NCBI GenBank assembly: GCA_965223325.1 | Contig: CBDCWI010000002.1 | Span: 2,720,001-2,784,000, forward strand | Direction: 5' to 3' | Source: Candidatus Multivoradales bacterium | GTDB lineage: Bacteria; Acidobacteriota; Thermoanaerobaculia; Multivoradales; Multivoraceae | DNA: 64,000 nt | Part shown: piece by piece, positions 60,002 to 64,000 of the stretch | Layout of the letters: every line of letters starts with the position of its first letter | Position numbering within the stretch: position 1 is the stretch's first letter | Notes under the pieces: model-generated | What the model was told of the DNA's origin: nothing | The model's input: the letters and a program-made list of their open reading frames with translations, nothing else | Databases searched by the model: none | Made by a program: the position numbers and the translations under genes

Positions 60002-60130
60002 GCGGCCCGAAAGACGAAACCAGGCAGCTCGCTCAAAGTGCGGCCGGAGCCCGAAGGGGTTCCGGCCCCACCACCGAGCGAGTTTGCTCGCCTGATGGGC
60101 CGTATGCCCGAGTAAGATTCTGCCCACGTT

Positions 60131-61108
60131 ATGGCTGAGCTCGTCCTTCCATCGCTCTACCGCATCGTGGTGCCGCTGCCTGGCAACCCGCTGCGCGAGA
60201 TCAATTCATACGTCATCAAGACGCGCCACCGCAACCTCGTGATCGATACAGGCATGAATCGACCCGAGTGTCGCGAGGCGTTGCTGGGCGGCCTCGAGGA
60301 GATCGGGATCGATCTCGCAAAGACCGACTTCGTCGCGACTCACCTACACGCCGACCACCACGGCTTGATCCCCGAACTCTTGGAGGACGGCTGCGGGGCC
60401 TACATGGGGCGGATCGACGCGGAAGCGATGAAGAAGCCGTTCAGTTGGGAACGTGAAAGCCCGATGGGGCAGTACCTTGGCCGAAGTGGGTTTCCGGCGC
60501 AAGAACTCGAGGCGTCATTCAAGAACCACCCGGCTTTCAAGTTTCGCTCGCAGCGACAGGTGACGTATCTGCCGCTCGACGAAGGAGACACGGTTGAGAT
60601 CGGGGACTTCTGTTTCGAGACAATCGATACGCCAGGCCACACCTTCGGGCACATCTCGCTCTACGATCGGCGCAAGAAGATCTTCTTGGCTGGCGACCAT
60701 GTGCTGGGTGACATCACGCCCAACATTCAGGCATGGTCGGATGACCACGATCCGCTGGGCCTCTTCCTGGATAGCTTGGCGAAGGTCGAAGACCTCGAAG
60801 TCGACATCTGTCTGCCGGGTCACCGCAGCCTGATTCACGACTTCCGCGCTCGAGTAGAGGAGCTCCGTGACCACCATCACGAGAGGGCGAGTGAGGCGGT
60901 CCAGGTGCTGGCGGACGGTCCGTTCAACGCCTACCAGACGGCTGCACGGATGTCCTGGTCCATCCGTGCCAAGTCTTGGGACGAATTCCCGCTGATGCAA
61001 CGCTGGTTTGCGACTGGCGAGACTATTGCGCACTTGCGCTTCCTAGAGGAGCAAGGTCAGGTCGCCCGCCAGGACAACGCGGGAGAGATTCTCTACGCCG
61101 CAGGATGA
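60131..61108 (+). CDS. MBL-fold metallo-hydrolase
   Basis: VIDTG, THLHADHHG, TPGHT.GH, GDHVL.DITPN and PGH motifs; C-terminal winged-helix-like E..AHL. Confidence 0.88.
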   Translation: MAELVLPSLYRIVVPLPGNPLREINSYVIKTRHRNLVIDTGMNRPECREALLGGLEEIGIDLAKTDFVATHLHADHHGLIPELLEDGCGAYMGRIDAEAMKKPFSWERESPMGQYLGRSGFPAQELEASFKNHPAFKFRSQRQVTYLPLDEGDTVEIGDFCFETIDTPGHTFGHISLYDRRKKIFLAGDHVLGDITPNIQAWSDDHDPLGLFLDSLAKVEDLEVDICLPGHRSLIHDFRARVEELRDHHHERASEAVQVLADGPFNAYQTAARMSWSIRAKSWDEFPLMQRWFATGETIAHLRFLEEQGQVARQDNAGEILYAAG

Positions 61109-61197
61109 GCGGGGCAGTCGGCCACCTGGGTAACCGACCGAACGCTCCCGCTACACTCGTTCGATTCCTTCTCTGGTGAAACGAAAGGAGAGCTGCG

Positions 61198-62205
61198 ATG
61201 AGAGCGAGTCCGAGTGAGCCTGGCCAGGGGCGTTCCGCCCTCCTCTTGACAGCGATCGCCGCGACGTTCTTTGCAACGGCCGCGAGCTCCCAGTCAGCGG
61301 CTCCGGTGAGTAGAACGGAGTTCGACCGCTGGATGACCGAGATCTCGAACTGGGAACGCTGGGGCAAAGACGACGAACTAGGCACGCTGAACTTGATCAC
61401 GCCCGAGGAGCGCAAAGCAGCGGCTGCGTTGGTGCGCGAAGGCGTTTCGATCTCGATGGCGCTGGACCTGAACACCACCCGCGATGCCTTGAACACCAAC
61501 CCTTTCGAGCACACGCTGAGCGAAATGCAGTTTGGCGGTCATGAGGGGGCTGGCGATCGCTACAGTGTCCAATACCACGGCTTCGCGCACTCCCATATCG
61601 ACGGTTTGCCGCATTTCATTCACAAGGGCAAGATGTACAACGGCGTCGGCAGGGACGTCCTCAAACCGAGCGGTGCAGAAAAGCTCGGGATCCACAACGC
61701 CCACGCGGGAATCTTCACTCGCGGCGTACTGGTCGACATGCCCTGGTTCAAGGGAGTGGACTATCTCGAGCCGGGTACCGCGATCACGGCCGCGGATCTC
61801 GAGGCCTGGGAGAAGAAGACGGGAATCCGAGTCGGGCGCGGCGATGTGCTGCTCATTCGTACTGGGCGCTGGGAGTTGGTGCGCCATAAGGGGCAGTGGA
61901 ACTTCCTCGAAAAGGCCGCGGGCTTGCACGCTTCGGTCGCCAAATGGCTCAAGGAGCGTGACGTTGCGATCATCGGCTGTGACGGCGTGAGCGATGTGAT
62001 GCCCTCTGGCGTCGAGGGGTTGGCAAACCCGCTGCACGAGCTCGTTCTCGTCGGGCTCGGCATGCGCATTCTGGACAATCTAGATCTCGATGCCGTCGCC
62101 CGCGAGGCGCAAGCGCGCAGTCGCTGGGAGTTCCTCTTTGTCGGAGCACCATTGCGAGTCGTAGGCGGCACCGGCTCGCCGCTCAATCCGCTGGCGATTT
62201 TCTAG
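61198..62205 (+). CDS. Cyclase family protein (kynurenine formamidase-like), secreted
   Basis: NW.RWG.DDELGTLN, HSHIDGLPH, RGVLVD, GDVLLIRTG and GGTGSP.NP motifs. Confidence 0.88.
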   Translation: MRASPSEPGQGRSALLLTAIAATFFATAASSQSAAPVSRTEFDRWMTEISNWERWGKDDELGTLNLITPEERKAAAALVREGVSISMALDLNTTRDALNTNPFEHTLSEMQFGGHEGAGDRYSVQYHGFAHSHIDGLPHFIHKGKMYNGVGRDVLKPSGAEKLGIHNAHAGIFTRGVLVDMPWFKGVDYLEPGTAITAADLEAWEKKTGIRVGRGDVLLIRTGRWELVRHKGQWNFLEKAAGLHASVAKWLKERDVAIIGCDGVSDVMPSGVEGLANPLHELVLVGLGMRILDNLDLDAVAREAQARSRWEFLFVGAPLRVVGGTGSPLNPLAIF

Positions 62206-62272
62206 CCATCAAGACATGGCAAGCCGGTGGGTGAGGTTCCGGCCGTGTTCTCCTGGCACTGTGTGCCTAGCG

Positions 62273-62887
62273 CTACTTTTCCGGCGGACCGACCCACGGA
62301 CAAGGAGCGCGGTGCGCGTCGAGCCGGGTGACCTCCTGCCAGGTCTTGCCGCCGTCCTGGGAGTTCTCTTCGACCCGATACCAGAAGTCGTCGGACTCGA
62401 CGACGAAGGTCATGCGGCGTTTGTCCGAGGTATCGGGGTGGCTTGCCCACATATGCATCAAGCCGTCTTCGCGCACCTCTGAAGTCAGCGTGCGCACCTC
62501 GGGAACCATGGTGTGCTGCCACATGTTGAGCCACTGCCCTTCTTGTGGGTGGTACATGCGGAGATTCACGCCTCCGCTCTGAGCGGCCGCACCATCGGTT
62601 GGCGGCCGGTCGTACCAGTAGTCCGCAATCGCGTAGCCCCCGAGCGCCCAGCGACCCTCCCAGTACGCCGGCTGGAACCGCTTGCTCCAGGTTCCGTCGG
62701 CGAGTTTTCGCCGTGCCTTGATGTCCCAGTTGCCTACCATGAAGGCGAACTGCTCGAGCTCGGAGTGGGCTTCTGGATGTCTCGACCCCATCTCGCAAGG
62801 CTGGAGAGCGACGGGTTCTGAGATCGCTGGATTCTGGGGAACGAGTGCGACGAGAAGAACGAGGGGTGCGATGCGAATGGCAAGCAT
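62273..62887 (-). CDS. Secreted hypothetical protein (DUF1579-like beta-barrel)
   Basis: AGGAG RBS and signal peptide; QFAFMVGNW, G.NLR.Y.P...W and S.DGGKTW motifs. Confidence 0.65.
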   Translation of the reverse strand: MLAIRIAPLVLLVALVPQNPAISEPVALQPCEMGSRHPEAHSELEQFAFMVGNWDIKARRKLADGTWSKRFQPAYWEGRWALGGYAIADYWYDRPPTDGAAAQSGGVNLRMYHPQEGQWLNMWQHTMVPEVRTLTSEVREDGLMHMWASHPDTSDKRRMTFVVESDDFWYRVEENSQDGGKTWQEVTRLDAHRAPCPWVGPPEK

Positions 62888-63240
62888 TGCCGATCTCCTG
62901 ACTTTCTAGCCGTAAGAGTCGAGCGGCTGGACGGCCACCCGTACCCGCCGCGAAGCGAAAACGATTCCCTCACGGCTGCCGGTCGGCAGCCGGGAGGGAA
63001 CTGCTTGTGGGACCTCTGGTATCGAACGACCAGAGAAGACAGGAGTTCCGCGCTTCGACCACCCTGCCTCGAACTGAAGCGGCCTGCCAAGCTTCAGAAG
63101 CATTGGCATGGCGGCAGGTCCCCCGAGTTGGCACTCTAGTGGCCCTGCCGCTCCTCCTCGTCGTGGGGTTGGCGGCAGTCGAGGAGACCTACCTCTGCCT
63201 GTTGTTCCCCCCGGCCGGCGCCCAACGCTCCACGGAACTG

Positions 63241-64000
63241 TTAGCGGTTTCGGACTCGCACGCCGCCGTTAGTGGTCTCGAGGCGAATCGGCGCCCCGCC
63301 CGACCCGAGGGTGGCGCGGATGTGCTTGTTGATCTTTCCCGAAACCTCGACCGGAAAGGCGATTTCGATCGGGCCATTGGTGGTCTCGGTGTCGAGCTCC
63401 GCCGAGTAGCCTTCGGGAACGAGGAGGTCGATGCCACCGTTCGTGGTCTCGAGCTCGAGCCCCTCGCCGCGCCATGAGTGGCCGTCGAGCTTGACGCTCA
63501 GACCGCCGTTTAGCGTCTCGCCGATGACATCACCACCGACATCGCGGAGCGCGATGCCTCCGTTCTTGGTGGCCAGCCGAAGCCGCCCCTCGACCCCGGC
63601 CACTTCGATACCGCCGTTGAACGCCTCGAGGTTCAGGTCATAACCGCTCGGTACCTGGGCTTCGAAACCCACCGCCCAGTTTTTCCCCGGGCCCGTCGCG
63701 GTGACGGAACCGTTTTGAACCCGGATCTCGATGTCCGCTGGATCGGTGCCCTTCCAGGCCGAGACCTTGGCCACCAGCTCGACGTCTGCCCGCGAAGAAC
63801 CGACGACTTTCAGACCGCCGTTGCGGTTGCCGTCGATCTCGAGCTCGCCAACCGCCGGCAGGGTCACCCAGCGCTTCTGACAGGCCTTGCCGCGCTCGCT
63901 GCCTCCGCGACAACGCACATCCTCACTCTGCCAATCCTGCGCGACCGTAGGCGCAGCGGCGAGGCCGGCGGCCAAGAGGGTAAGGGTTGCCGTGCAGAAA
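63241..64000 (-). CDS. DUF4097 beta-strand-repeat (putative adhesin) protein, start beyond the window edge
   Basis: Repeated T.NGGI motifs; the frame continues to the window end through a signal-peptide-like segment. Confidence 0.82.
   Translation of the reverse strand, partial: FCTATLTLLAAGLAAAPTVAQDWQSEDVRCRGGSERGKACQKRWVTLPAVGELEIDGNRNGGLKVVGSSRADVELVAKVSAWKGTDPADIEIRVQNGSVTATGPGKNWAVGFEAQVPSGYDLNLEAFNGGIEVAGVEGRLRLATKNGGIALRDVGGDVIGETLNGGLSVKLDGHSWRGEGLELETTNGGIDLLVPEGYSAELDTETTNGPIEIAFPVEVSGKINKHIRATLGSGGAPIRLETTNGGVRVRNR

Noticed and set aside
59998-60020. Hammerhead-ribozyme-like string ctgagcggcccgaaagacgaaac
   Set aside because: The core lacks CUGANGA, stem II does not pair properly, and no stems I or III are evident.
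63128-63154. CIRCE-like half site ttggcactc
   Set aside because: There is no matching GAGTGCTAA-like half 9 bp downstream and no chaperone gene nearby.

Overview
GC-rich bacterial window. The gene content (DUF6152/DUF6644 cluster, tricorn/S9/M20 peptidases, CxxCH-copper monooxygenase fusion) is suggestive of Acidobacteriota, but this is inference only. It holds about 45 CDSs of mostly metabolic and cell-envelope function, including pyrF, purA, aceK, rtcB, a TolC-MFP-RND pump, paired acyl-CoA dehydrogenases and a steroid 5-alpha-reductase-like gene, plus a tRNA-Lys/tRNA-Glu pair. No transposase, integrase, cas gene or CRISPR array is visible. The most unusual signals are non-coding. (1) A 1.74-kb tandem array (441-2182) of a 305-bp unit built from two alternating CTAG-ended inverted-repeat modules. 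(2) A second CTAG-ended MITE (36461-36630); both elements end on the TAG stop codon of a neighbouring gene. (3) A repeat mosaic just downstream of tRNA-Glu containing a segment antisense to the tRNA 3' end. Among proteins, the best candidates for an uncharacterised system are the 18.0-23.0 kb cluster (secreted His-His-terminal DUF6152 protein, two DUF6644 membrane paralogs, DUF4399 lipoprotein, cytochrome c'-like lipoprotein) and the kinase-USP-rtcB cluster. All family assignments come from motif recognition, not database searches.
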